Below, piece after piece: positions 50,182-60,042 of a stretch of DNA of 64,000 nt. The stretch comes from Parcubacteria group bacterium GW2011_GWA2_51_10 (GTDB taxonomy: Bacteria > Patescibacteriota > Minisyncoccia > Phycocordibacterales > UBA2100). The notes beneath the pieces are model-generated. The model searched no databases. It saw only the letters and a list, made by a program, of their open reading frames with translations, and had not been told where the DNA came from. The stretch covers positions 2,324-66,323 of the forward strand of contig LCQS01000001.1 in NCBI GenBank assembly GCA_001004265.1. Reading direction: 5' to 3'. Every line of letters starts with the position of its first letter. Within the stretch, counting starts at the first letter, position 1. The translations under genes were made by a program, and so were the position numbers.

Positions 50182-51533
50182 AACGCGGCAATAGCGGCAT
50201 CTATTCTTCGGAGCGCTGCATCCCGGCCGATCACGGAGGCGATCACGAATGGGTCTGGTGAGCGCTCTTTCCCACTCAAGGCATATCGAAGCGGCCACAG
50301 AACTTTGCCGCGGCCCTCGTGTGTCGCGTATTCCCATACAGCATCCTTTAGACGTTCGGGCAGAGAAAAGATTTCAGGCTCTGCGGCAGACAATTTGTCG
50401 TGCAGCGTCGTGAGATGGCGGCGCGCTTCGCCCGCGCCGCTTCCTTTCTCCGGGATTTTGGCAGAAACAAGAGTCGGGTCGGAAAAGAAGTAATCAAATT
50501 CGCCATTTGTCACGAGAGAGCCGACATCGCTCCAGACACTTATACGCTCGTGCACAATTGGCGCGAGCTTGCGACCGATTTCGGGATCCCACAGCAGCTT
50601 GCGAGCCGCGACATACTTTTCTAATTCCACTTGCGCGGTCGCCTCAAATTCTTCGCGTGGCATTTGCAGAAGATACTGTCTGTTGAACCAGCGCAGCTTC
50701 TCGATATCGAAGACGGCACCGCTTTTATGCACATCCGAGATATCAAATTCCTGCACCATCTCGCCGAGTGAGAGAATTTCTTTTCCCGACGGCGGCGTCC
50801 AGCCGAGGGTGGCGACGTAATTGAGGAGCGCTTGCGGCAAAAATCCCGCCTCTCTGTAGCTGCGGACAGATACATCGCCCGTTCTTTTTGACAATTTCGC
50901 TCTGTCGCTTCCTAGATGGAGTGGGTAATGCGCGTAGAGCGGCCGCTCTACACCGAGGGCCTCCTGGATCAGAATTTGGCGCGGTGTATTTGAGATGTGA
51001 TCATCCCCGCGAATCACGTGCGTGATTCGCATGAGAGCGTCGTCAACAACCACTGCAAAGTGATACAGCGCCTCGGATAGCGAGCGCGCAATAACGAAAT
51101 CTCCAAGCTCTCTCGTGTCGAAGGTTATGTCACCGCGGATGAGGTCGGTGAATGTTATAAGAGTGCCGGGATTTTTAAGCCGGACGACATGAAGCATTTT
51201 GCCCGGTTCCTTTTTGCTCTCTTCTTCAGAAATATACGCACTCTTCTCGCTGACGAGCCGATCCAGCTCGTGGCTATAGATCTCGGTCCTCTCCGATTGG
51301 CGGTAAAACTCATCCCAATCGAGCCCAATCCAATGAAGGGAGTCGATAATGTCGGCCTCGTACTCTCCCTTGCTGCGTTCTCTATCGGTATCCTCGCTTC
51401 GGAAGACGATCGTGCCTTTGTGTTTGCGAGCAAAGAGATAATTCAATATCGCCATGCGAGCTGTCCCGACATGGCAGTAACCCGTTGGACTCGGCGGAAA
51501 ACGTACACGCACCTCGTTCATTCCAAGATTCAT
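50178..51533 (-). CDS. gltX: Glutamate--tRNA ligase
   Basis: RFPPSPTGYCHVG, RSEDTD, HVIRGDDH, KLSKR. Confidence 0.95.
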   Translation of the reverse strand: MNLGMNEVRVRFPPSPTGYCHVGTARMAILNYLFARKHKGTIVFRSEDTDRERSKGEYEADIIDSLHWIGLDWDEFYRQSERTEIYSHELDRLVSEKSAYISEEESKKEPGKMLHVVRLKNPGTLITFTDLIRGDITFDTRELGDFVIARSLSEALYHFAVVVDDALMRITHVIRGDDHISNTPRQILIQEALGVERPLYAHYPLHLGSDRAKLSKRTGDVSVRSYREAGFLPQALLNYVATLGWTPPSGKEILSLGEMVQEFDISDVHKSGAVFDIEKLRWFNRQYLLQMPREEFEATAQVELEKYVAARKLLWDPEIGRKLAPIVHERISVWSDVGSLVTNGEFDYFFSDPTLVSAKIPEKGSGAGEARRHLTTLHDKLSAAEPEIFSLPERLKDAVWEYATHEGRGKVLWPLRYALSGKERSPDPFVIASVIGRDAALRRIDAAIAAL

Positions 51534-51647
51534 CCCGTTAGAAGCAGGGCGCGGCCGAGTACTGCTTTTCTTGTGCCACGTCATAAATATATATTATCCA
51601 TTACTCAAGTATCCAGATAATTACGCGTCCGCGGCTTCTAACGGGAT
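51532..51647. repeat. MITE-like element with 14-bp terminal inverted repeats
   Basis: ATCCCGTTAGAAGC (51532-51545) and GCTTCTAACGGGAT (51634-51647). Confidence 0.78.
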
Positions 51648-52789
51648 CATACCGACTCGTGCTCGAGCGCCGTATCAATGATGAGGACAGCTATCTTGCG
51701 CGCGCTTGCCGGCCGAGCAAAAGCGCGCGCGGCGCCGCGCATTTTTTCTTGCAGATCTTTATCGCCCACGATGCGCTCTATTTCCGAAAGCAGAATGTGC
51801 GGCGTGAGATTGTGCTGTTCGATAACGACCGCTGCGCCGCTGCGCGCATATGAAAATGCATTTTCCGTCTGATCATGCGATATATCCTTCGGAATCGGAA
51901 CGAGTATCGCGGGGATGCCCCAACTCGCGATCTCGAAAATGGTTCCACTACCTGCGCGCGCCACAACGACCGTCGCAATTCCAGCCGCCATTCGCAGGGC
52001 GAGCGTGTTTAAGAGGCCGAAGGCGCGATAGCGTTGCTCAAATGAAGAATGCTCAAGAACGAGACGCGCGATTCTTTTCGTCTCATCGAGGTGTGCCGTA
52101 CCGGCTTGATGAATGACATTGTATCGCTTCACCAAATCCGGAAGCGCGTCTAAAACGGCATTGTTTATTGTCATGGAGCCCTGCGAGCCGCCCATAATAA
52201 AGACACTCGGAAGGCCGTTCTCTAGTTTCAGAAACTCATATCCCCCTTCACGCGCGGGCGCTTCGATCTCTTTTCGAATCGGGTGTCCGATGCGTGCGAT
52301 TTTATCGCGGGCGCTCTTTGGGAATTTTGCGGCAGCATCCGGATGCGCCACACCGATTCTGCTGGCGAATTTCGATGACCATACTGATACCCGGCCGGGC
52401 GTCGCATCCGCGTCGTATATGATGACGGGAATTCGTAGGAGGCGCGCCGCAAAAAGAGTCGGATACGCTGCAAAGCCGCCCGTTGAGAATACGACATCCG
52501 GATATAACTTGTAGAGCTGGATCGTCGCGCGGATGACTCCCCAGCCAGTTTTTATAATGTCAAAAATATTGAGAATGCTCCGATAGCGCCGCAGGCGCCC
52601 CGCCGGGCTCTTCATATACACAATGTCATGTTCGCTAATGGCAACAGGATCGAAGACGGATGGGCCGATGTAGAAAAGCTGGGGCTCGATGAGCCGTCGC
52701 TCCTTGCTGACATCCTCGAGCGCCTCCGAGACCGCGATGAGAGGATAAAAATGTCCGCCCGTCCCGCCACCTGTGAGTGCGATTCTCAT
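51647..52789 (-). CDS. murG: Undecaprenyl-PP-MurNAc-pentapeptide GlcNAc transferase
   Basis: TGGGTGGHFYP, STGGF, GGSQG, RAGSGT..E, DQTENA. Confidence 0.95.
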   Translation of the reverse strand: MRIALTGGGTGGHFYPLIAVSEALEDVSKERRLIEPQLFYIGPSVFDPVAISEHDIVYMKSPAGRLRRYRSILNIFDIIKTGWGVIRATIQLYKLYPDVVFSTGGFAAYPTLFAARLLRIPVIIYDADATPGRVSVWSSKFASRIGVAHPDAAAKFPKSARDKIARIGHPIRKEIEAPAREGGYEFLKLENGLPSVFIMGGSQGSMTINNAVLDALPDLVKRYNVIHQAGTAHLDETKRIARLVLEHSSFEQRYRAFGLLNTLALRMAAGIATVVVARAGSGTIFEIASWGIPAILVPIPKDISHDQTENAFSYARSGAAVVIEQHNLTPHILLSEIERIVGDKDLQEKMRGAARAFARPASARKIAVLIIDTALEHESV

Positions 52790-52845
52790 TTTCTTATTGT
52801 ATCAAAAGTAAGGCGCCCTCGCCGCGCAAGGCGACGAGGACGCTG

Positions 52846-53172
52846 CTATTCCCGCTTCAGTTTTCTTAGCAGTCGCCCTACAGCCGCGATACAGTTGTCG
52901 TAGGTTTGCAGGTCGTAGACACTTTTCCTGTACTGGTTCCAGCATTCGTGGTCGAGATGGAACTGTACGTCTATGAGCACGTCCGCCTTTGCCGTGCGCA
53001 GCGCTCTCCTGTAGTCCATGGCCTCGATCGCCGATAGAATCCAAAGCGCGCAGAATGCGGTTGCAAGGAACGTGAGTAAGATCGGCAGAATCCGGATGCG
53101 CCGCTGCGGCACGCGGAGCGGTATGATTTCCATCGGTCCTGTATCGGTGTACGCATATTGGTACGTGCGCAT
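52846..53172 (-). CDS. Orphan single-TM protein
   Basis: GGGGGA SD, one TM, two Cys in the C-terminal part, GC-rich hairpin 52813-52843. Confidence 0.55.
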   Translation of the reverse strand: MRTYQYAYTDTGPMEIIPLRVPQRRIRILPILLTFLATAFCALWILSAIEAMDYRRALRTAKADVLIDVQFHLDHECWNQYRKSVYDLQTYDNCIAAVGRLLRKLKRE

Positions 53173-53246
53173 TTTATTCCCCCGTCTGTGTGAAGCGCCA
53201 GGATAGCGCTATCTGTGCAGAAATGTGCGACAGCTGCTCTCATCTG

Positions 53247-54347
53247 TCAATTCTTTGCGCGTCGAGAAATATTTAAGAGTATTCCAGCACTCGCAAGCGA
53301 AACGAGCATCGCGCTTCCTCCTTGGCTTATGAACGTGAGCGGTATTCCCGTAATGGGCACGAGGCCGAGCATCGCGGCGATATTTATGAATGCCTCACTT
53401 CCTAAGTATGTCGCAATGCCGATCCCTAAAAGTCCTCCGAACACATCAGGTGCGCGCGCAGCGACGCTAAATCCACGCAGCGCAAAAAGAAGAAACAACA
53501 ACACGAGCGCAACGCTTCCGATGAAGCCAAATTCCTCGGCCGCAACAGCGAAAATCGAATCCCCCATTGGCTCCGGCAAGTACGTAAATTTCTGCACGCC
53601 CTGCCCGAATCCTCGCCCAGTCAATGCGCCAGAACCAATTGCGATCAGTGATTGCTTTATTTGGTACCCTTCGGCTTGTTGATTTTGAGACGGGTTGATA
53701 AATGTCAGAATGCGCTCTTTTGCATACGGCTTTGCCATAATTAATACGCCAAGGGCAATCGGCACTATGCAGAGAATCGCAATGACATGCTTCCATGGCG
53801 GACCCGCGGCTATATACACTGCAAAAGTGGCAATGAAAATGACGCCGAAAGTGCCGATATCCGGCTGCAGAAACAAGAGCACTGCAGGGAGAGCGATGAG
53901 CACGAGAAATCCGCCGAGTGAGTGTCGCATGGAGTAGAGGCGCCCTCTGAACACAGAAAAATAGGCAGCCGCCATGATAATTGTGCCGAGCTTTAGTGCT
54001 TCTGATGGCTGGAAAGAAAGGCCGAAGATATCGAGCCACCGCCGGCCGCCGCCGTGCGCTATTCCAAGATCGGGCACGAACACAAGCGCTGTTGCGATGA
54101 GTGAGAGTGCATAGATGTATGGCGCGAATCGCCGCCACTTCTTATGATCCACAATACTCGCCACAATCAGTGCGAGAAGTCCAAGGCCGAGGCCGAGCAC
54201 GATATGATTGAACGCAACAGAAGGAAGATTTTCCATACCGCGCGCGAGAAGCCCGAATGAAGCCGACGCGAACATGAAAACGCCGCTCGCGAGCAGGAGA
54301 ACTATCAATATTAGAAGCAGTTTGTCGATATGTGGTATGCGTTGCAT
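53247..54347 (-). CDS. ftsW: SEDS peptidoglycan polymerase FtsW
   Basis: RRWL, FQPSEALK, LQPD.G, GYQ..QS, LPE...DSIFAV..EE.G, ISQGGS; between mraY and murG. Confidence 0.9.
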   Translation of the reverse strand: MQRIPHIDKLLLILIVLLLASGVFMFASASFGLLARGMENLPSVAFNHIVLGLGLGLLALIVASIVDHKKWRRFAPYIYALSLIATALVFVPDLGIAHGGGRRWLDIFGLSFQPSEALKLGTIIMAAAYFSVFRGRLYSMRHSLGGFLVLIALPAVLLFLQPDIGTFGVIFIATFAVYIAAGPPWKHVIAILCIVPIALGVLIMAKPYAKERILTFINPSQNQQAEGYQIKQSLIAIGSGALTGRGFGQGVQKFTYLPEPMGDSIFAVAAEEFGFIGSVALVLLFLLFALRGFSVAARAPDVFGGLLGIGIATYLGSEAFINIAAMLGLVPITGIPLTFISQGGSAMLVSLASAGILLNISRRAKN

Positions 54348-54354
54348 ATCATGC

Positions 54355-55419
54355 TTACCTCAGCGAGAGAATCGCGATGATTACGCCGGCAAACGCAAAG
54401 ATGATGGAAAGCACCCAATAGCGCATAACGACCTTGTATCCGGGCCAGCCGATCGCCTCGAAATGATGATGAAGGGGCGCTATGCGAAATACCTTACGTC
54501 CGAGAAACCTCTTCGAGAGCACTTGCGCGATATCGGAAGCGACTGTAGCGACCAGAAGTGCACCGATCACCGGCAATACGGAAATGCCGATACCTCCACC
54601 GAGGTTATCAGTCATAAATGCGGTGACCGCGAGTGCGAGCGTGAGCCCCATTGTACCGGTATCGCTCATATAAAAACGCGCCGGCGGAATATTGAACCAC
54701 AGGAAGGCAAGGAGGCCGCCGACGATGGCGGCAGAGAATGCGGACAAATCTATTTGATTCTGCGCATACGCGATGAGTGCGTACGAGGCGAATACGGATG
54801 CGAACACGCCGCCCGAGAGGCCGTCTATGCCGTCTATGACTCCGCTCGCGTAAACTGCAAGCGCTATCGCGACGAAAAGTGGAATAATGAGCCACCCAAT
54901 TTCGAACGGATTTCCAAATGGGATATTCACGGCGGTGACGCCAAGTTTCGCGTAAAACCACCAGCCGAGAAAAAGCGATAGTAGAACGACGATTGCAAGA
55001 CGCGCGCGAAGGGAGAGGCCGCCTCCGGCATGTCTCACGACCAAAAAATCGTCCAGTAGGCCTGCAAACGATCCGGTAAGTAGAGCCGCGAGTGGTATCC
55101 ACGTCTGACTGCGGCTTAAAAAGTCTAATTTTAAGATTGATGCGCTTGGCATAAACTCCGCGACGAGTGCGATGCCGATGATCGTGAGGAGCACGCTTCC
55201 CCATACGACAATTCCTCCCATGCGAGGCGCGCGTACCTCGTGTTTTTCATGGAGGTAGTTGAATTCAGCCGCCGGAGTCCCGTCAAGTGCCGTTTTCCCG
55301 GGAATTTTTTTCCACGCACGGTACTTGTAGAGATAATGCGTCAGGATTGGCGTCAAGATCATGCCTATCACGAACGCCGCACCCGCGGGCACGAGAATCC
55401 TGACAATATCGTACTGCAT
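54355..55419 (-). CDS. mraY: Phospho-MurNAc-pentapeptide transferase
   Basis: PRMGG, GLLDD, DGIDGL, PARFYMSDTG, APLHHHFE. Confidence 0.95.
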   Translation of the reverse strand: MQYDIVRILVPAGAAFVIGMILTPILTHYLYKYRAWKKIPGKTALDGTPAAEFNYLHEKHEVRAPRMGGIVVWGSVLLTIIGIALVAEFMPSASILKLDFLSRSQTWIPLAALLTGSFAGLLDDFLVVRHAGGGLSLRARLAIVVLLSLFLGWWFYAKLGVTAVNIPFGNPFEIGWLIIPLFVAIALAVYASGVIDGIDGLSGGVFASVFASYALIAYAQNQIDLSAFSAAIVGGLLAFLWFNIPPARFYMSDTGTMGLTLALAVTAFMTDNLGGGIGISVLPVIGALLVATVASDIAQVLSKRFLGRKVFRIAPLHHHFEAIGWPGYKVVMRYWVLSIIFAFAGVIIAILSLR

Positions 55420-55442
55420 CGCCCTATTGTATCTGCATTGCC

Positions 55443-56456
55443 CTATCGGGTCACCCTTTCGCCGTCTGTAAAGTGCTCGCGGGTCTTTTGCACAAGAGCT
55501 TCTATATCGTTGAAGCGCCCGCTTCGCGATGATGAAAGGACGACTGCCGCGACAAGATGTTCCGGCTCGACCTCAAACACAATGGCGAGATTACCCCCCG
55601 CGAGATCCGTAAAACCAGTTTTGCCCATGACTAGGCCAGGCAAACTGCCGAGCGCCTCATTGGTATTATGTGCGAACGCTTCGACTCCGCCGTCGGCATC
55701 TGCGAGGCGAACGTCGGAGTTCGCAGTTCGAGCGAAAAAGGGCGGCCTCTCGGAAGCGGCGAATCCGAAAAGCACTGCCATATCGCGCGCGGATCCGTAT
55801 GCCCCGGAGAGTGTCTCACTCGCGTCAAGTCCGCTTACATTGAGAAAATACGTATTGCGAAGGCCCAGCTCTCGAGAGAGTTCTTTCATCCTCCACAAGA
55901 CAGCGTCGCCCTCAGGGGAACCCGGGTAGAGAGTTCGCACGCGCTCTTCCGCCAATTTCGCAAGCAGGTTGGCACCCGAATTCGACGACGAGACGAGCGT
56001 GTAGTCGACGATGTCTTGCACTCTCCACTGTTCGCGCAGCGAGGAGTTAGCCGGTGCGCCAGAAAGAGAGACGCCGCGAGGAAGGGTCACTGTCTCATCG
56101 GGTGAGAACACTTCAGCGACGATGAGCGCGAGGGCAACTTTTGTCAGGGAAGCGAGCGGAAGCTGCGCGTCCGCATTTTTCTCATACAGTGTGCTGCCGC
56201 TTTCTAAATCAACTACGATCGCGCCTTGCGCGTAAAGTTCGATCCCATCAAACGGACTGCTTTCAGCCACCGCGGCGGACGCGGCCTGAAGACCCCCGTG
56301 CGTGAGACGCCTGGGATTTTCAAAATCGACAAGGGCCGCGATAGCGCCCATGAGGAGGAGAATGAGAACAATGACGACAAGTGTCGCCGTTTCTCCGAAA
56401 GAACGCTGTGACGGAATGGGAGAGGCTGGCTTCAGTTCTTCAGTCGTCATCTGCAT
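55443..56456 (-). CDS. D-alanyl-D-alanine carboxypeptidase (S11)
   Basis: N-terminal TM, ASLTK, SSN, GKTGFT. Confidence 0.88.
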   Translation of the reverse strand: MQMTTEELKPASPIPSQRSFGETATLVVIVLILLLMGAIAALVDFENPRRLTHGGLQAASAAVAESSPFDGIELYAQGAIVVDLESGSTLYEKNADAQLPLASLTKVALALIVAEVFSPDETVTLPRGVSLSGAPANSSLREQWRVQDIVDYTLVSSSNSGANLLAKLAEERVRTLYPGSPEGDAVLWRMKELSRELGLRNTYFLNVSGLDASETLSGAYGSARDMAVLFGFAASERPPFFARTANSDVRLADADGGVEAFAHNTNEALGSLPGLVMGKTGFTDLAGGNLAIVFEVEPEHLVAAVVLSSSRSGRFNDIEALVQKTREHFTDGERVTR

Positions 56457-57015
56457 GATTACTTTGGTTTGATTCAAATGCCGCGAGTGCGCCCGCGATT
56501 GTATCATAATCGGGCAGGGCTTTTGCATCGGTTACTCCAAGATGCGCCAAGAGCTCCGTCGTCGGCGTGTATACGTATTCTCGACCGTCATTTGGATTAT
56601 TCGCGCGCGCAATGAGTCCTCGCATGAGAAGCGTGCGCAGCGTCGAGAATGTATTAACGCCGCGCATGTAATCTATGTCCGCTTTTGTTGATGGTCCGCG
56701 GTAGAGAAGGATCGCAAGAACCTCGAGGCCTGCCTCGCCGATATCTTTTTCACGCTCGCGCTCGTATGCTCGCGCTAGAAACTCAGCGCCCTTCGGCGCA
56801 ACCGCAAGCCCCACTTCAGTTTCTGTGCGAATGAGAGCGATGCCGTGCGACAGCCGACTCTCAAGAAGATCAAGTGCCTGGGACAAATCTGAAGTCGAGC
56901 ATTCCGCAAGCTGCGCGAGCCGCTTCCGCTCTAAGGTTCGTCCTTCTGCGAAGAGAAGACTCTCCGCGCGCAGTGCAAGGAGAGAGAGCTTATTCGCGTC
57001 CGCCTCGCTTATCAT
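56440..57015 (-). CDS. scpB: SMC-Scp complex subunit ScpB
   Basis: ESLLFA, LEVLAILLYRGP.T...IDYMRGVN. Confidence 0.92.
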   Translation of the reverse strand: MISEADANKLSLLALRAESLLFAEGRTLERKRLAQLAECSTSDLSQALDLLESRLSHGIALIRTETEVGLAVAPKGAEFLARAYEREREKDIGEAGLEVLAILLYRGPSTKADIDYMRGVNTFSTLRTLLMRGLIARANNPNDGREYVYTPTTELLAHLGVTDAKALPDYDTIAGALAAFESNQSNHADDD

Positions 57016-57737
57016 ATCCCGTACTTTGGAGTAATGAGCGCTTCCATCTCAAGCGTGATGTCTGAAAAAAGCTCTCCTTGAGAGACGCTTACTGACCCGG
57101 AGCGGGCGAGCTCCAAGACTGCGAGGAAATATACGATTGTCTCGTGTCTCCCCCGCGAGCGTGTGAGCTCGCGGAAGCTCGCATGCAGGGCGGAAGAAAG
57201 ACGCTCACGAAGCTGCGCAATAACATCTGGCAGCGCTAATATCGGAGCAACCGCCGCTTCGGCAATCTTGCCTGGCGTGGGCAGCATATTTATAAGGCGC
57301 TGCACTGTCCCTCTCATCGCGTTAAGCGTGATCGCGCCGGGCGTGAATACGGGCGTGCGCTCTCGCCGATGGAGCGGGAAATAAAGCGGCGATTTTTCCC
57401 ACTCTTTTTCGAGCGCGTGCACGGCGCGGCGAATCACGCGCAAGCGAGCAAGTCGGCGCTCAAGTTCCTCTATGCTCTCGCGCTCGTCTTCGGAGAGTTC
57501 AAAGGTTGGAAGAAGGGAGCGAGATTTAATAAGAAGGAGCGTGGATGCAACAAGAATGAATTGTGCGGTCTCCCCGAGCGGCAGCTCTGGGAGTGTTTCA
57601 ACGTAGAGAATGTACGCATCTGTAACCTGCGCGAGAGAAATATCAGTGATCGACAGCTTTCGTTCCTCAATCAGATTGAGAAGTGTTTCCAATGGACCCG
57701 CGAACTCTGCTATTGCAACGCTAAATCCATGAGACAT
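57012..57737 (-). CDS. scpA: Segregation/condensation protein ScpA
   Basis: FAGPLETLL.LI, LLLIKSRSLLP, FLAVLEL. Confidence 0.92.
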   Translation of the reverse strand: MSHGFSVAIAEFAGPLETLLNLIEERKLSITDISLAQVTDAYILYVETLPELPLGETAQFILVASTLLLIKSRSLLPTFELSEDERESIEELERRLARLRVIRRAVHALEKEWEKSPLYFPLHRRERTPVFTPGAITLNAMRGTVQRLINMLPTPGKIAEAAVAPILALPDVIAQLRERLSSALHASFRELTRSRGRHETIVYFLAVLELARSGSVSVSQGELFSDITLEMEALITPKYGI

Positions 57738-57754
57738 ATCGAGTATCAATGCAT

Positions 57755-59065
57755 CTATTCGCTTAATCGAATATCTATTCGATTCAGGTCCCGCGGGAAG
57801 GCTGTTGCTTCTTTCACATTCGCGATTCCGAGCATGCGCGCTGTCATGCGCTCTAATCCTGTAGCAGACCCTCCGTGCGGCGGGAGCCCATATTTGAAGG
57901 CCTGAAGATAGAAAGAAAATTTCTGCGGATCCAATCCTCGCTCGTGCATTCGTCCAATGAGAGCGTCGTAATCATGCATGCGTTGCGAGCCGCTGTTAAT
58001 TTCGAGGCCGCGAAACAGAAGATCGAATCCGCGCGAGTACGGCGCCTCATGCGGATCTTCATATGTGTAGAATGCGCGTGCCTTCGTCGGAAAAGCGGTG
58101 ATGAACACGAAGTCTGATGCCCTCTCTTTTTTTGCCCACTCGCATATACTCCTCTCCCCTGCCGGATCGAGATCGGGCGCTTCCGTGACCCCGAGTATCT
58201 TTTGCGCTTCGCGAAGCGTGAGCGTCGGTATTTCATCCCCAATTACGGGCGGTGGAAGGTCGAATCGCTCGAACATATCGGGATGGCGCTCGGTCGCGAG
58301 CGATACAATGTCCGATACACAGCGCGAAAGCACCGCCATCGGCTCACGATGACTTTCAATAAATCCCATTTCAAAATCAAGGCTCGTCGCTTCAGAAAGA
58401 TGACGCGTTGTTGAATGTTTCTCGGCGCGGAAAATCTTAGCGACAGTGAACGCGCGCTCGAAAGGGCCAACCATAATCTGCTTGTAGAATTGCGGCGATG
58501 TTGCGAGAAACGCGCTCGTATCATGATGATAACTGACCCTGAACGCCGCGGCTCCGCCTTCTGCGTCTTCGCCGACAATGGCAGGGGCAGTGAATTCAGT
58601 GAAATCTTGCTTGCGCATTGAGGAGCGAAAACCTTCCAAAATCGTTTCCTGCATTGTGAAAATATCCCGCGACCGCGCCGTGCGGAGCGTGAGCGGCAGA
58701 TAATCGAGGTGCGTATCCAAATTGAGCTCGGCGCTCATATCAAACGGCAGCTCCTGCGCACGCGAAAGTATTACGACTGATTGAACGGATAGTTCTATGC
58801 CGCCGAACGGACCTGCGCCGCGCATATTTTCCGGTCGCTCTTTCAGCTCCCCCACGATTGCGACCGTAAACTGCGGGCGCAATTCCTTGGCAATTTCCAT
58901 CGCTTCTGACGCCCTCGGCGTTACGACGCACTGAACGATGCCGCTTCGGTCGCGCACGTCGAGGAAAATGAGCTTGCCGTGATCGCGCCTCACGTCTACC
59001 CAGCCCGCAATAGTTACGGTCTTCCCAATCTGTGCTGGCAATTCGCGATTGATGGTGCGTTCCAT
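57755..59065 (-). CDS. aspS: Aspartate--tRNA ligase, short archaeal/non-discriminating type
   Basis: GWV..RRDHG, AEGGA, SPQFYKQ, FRAE.H.T.RHL.E, PPHGG...GLER, FPRD. Confidence 0.9.
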   Translation of the reverse strand: MERTINRELPAQIGKTVTIAGWVDVRRDHGKLIFLDVRDRSGIVQCVVTPRASEAMEIAKELRPQFTVAIVGELKERPENMRGAGPFGGIELSVQSVVILSRAQELPFDMSAELNLDTHLDYLPLTLRTARSRDIFTMQETILEGFRSSMRKQDFTEFTAPAIVGEDAEGGAAAFRVSYHHDTSAFLATSPQFYKQIMVGPFERAFTVAKIFRAEKHSTTRHLSEATSLDFEMGFIESHREPMAVLSRCVSDIVSLATERHPDMFERFDLPPPVIGDEIPTLTLREAQKILGVTEAPDLDPAGERSICEWAKKERASDFVFITAFPTKARAFYTYEDPHEAPYSRGFDLLFRGLEINSGSQRMHDYDALIGRMHERGLDPQKFSFYLQAFKYGLPPHGGSATGLERMTARMLGIANVKEATAFPRDLNRIDIRLSE

Positions 59066-59067
59066 AG

Positions 59068-60009
59068 TTACAGAGCTATCCCGATTTTCTCGCGAACAAA
59101 CTTCATTTTCATTTGCGCAAGTTTTCGTGCGCTCTTACTTCCTTCCGCGAGAACACCCTTCACGTCTTCGTCGCCAATGGATGCGCGTTTCTCGCGCATC
59201 GGCGCGACTTCCCGTTCGATGTCCGCGAAGAGCGCTTCCTTGAGGGCCTTATAATTGCCTCGGTTCGTCTTGTAAAGCTCGGACAGTTCCTCTCTCCCTT
59301 TGAGCGACGAGTGTATCGCATACACGATTTCGGGGCTCTCGCCTTTTGAATCTGTAACGATGCTCATGACGGTTCTCCGTATTTCCTCTTTTGATCCGAA
59401 GAGCGGTATCGTGTTACCGTAACTCTTGCTCATTTTTTTGCCATCGACTCCAGGAATCGTTGCCACTCCCCGCAGTATTTTTTCTCGCGGCTCTTTGAAC
59501 GTGTCGCCGTATGCATTGTTGAATTTAACGGCGGCTTCTCGCGCATACTCAATGTGCTGACGCTGATCTTCGCCAACGGGCACAATGTCCGTATCGTAGA
59601 GCAAAATGTCGGCCGCCATCAACATCGGGTACGCAAAAAGGCCTGCATTTGCTTCCAGCCCCTTTGCCACCTTGTCCTTATATGCATGCGCGCGCTCCAA
59701 AAAAGGCACTGTCACGAGGCACTGAAAAATCCATGCGAGTTCCATGTGCTCGGGAACGTCCGACTGCCTGAAGATGACCGCTTTTTTTGGATCAATGCCG
59801 ATAGCGAGATAGTCTTTTACAATATCGAGTGTGTTTCGCCGAAGTTCCTCAGGGTTTTTCTGCGTCGTGAGTGCGTGATAATCGGCGACCATCAGCATAC
59901 TTTCGTACTCCTCGTACATTGACAAGAATGGCTTGAGCGCACCGAAATAATTCCCGATATGGAGAGGCCCGGAAGGCTGAAGTCCGGTCAGAAGCCGTCT
60001 TTTAGTCAT
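59068..60009 (-). CDS. trpS: Tryptophan--tRNA ligase
   Basis: GLQPSG.LHIGNY, YPMLMAADIL, VPVGEDQ.QH, KMSKS. Confidence 0.96.
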   Translation of the reverse strand: MTKRRLLTGLQPSGPLHIGNYFGALKPFLSMYEEYESMLMVADYHALTTQKNPEELRRNTLDIVKDYLAIGIDPKKAVIFRQSDVPEHMELAWIFQCLVTVPFLERAHAYKDKVAKGLEANAGLFAYPMLMAADILLYDTDIVPVGEDQRQHIEYAREAAVKFNNAYGDTFKEPREKILRGVATIPGVDGKKMSKSYGNTIPLFGSKEEIRRTVMSIVTDSKGESPEIVYAIHSSLKGREELSELYKTNRGNYKALKEALFADIEREVAPMREKRASIGDEDVKGVLAEGSKSARKLAQMKMKFVREKIGIAL

Positions 60010-60042
60010 AATCTCTCGATTTTATCAGAGATTTAATGATTG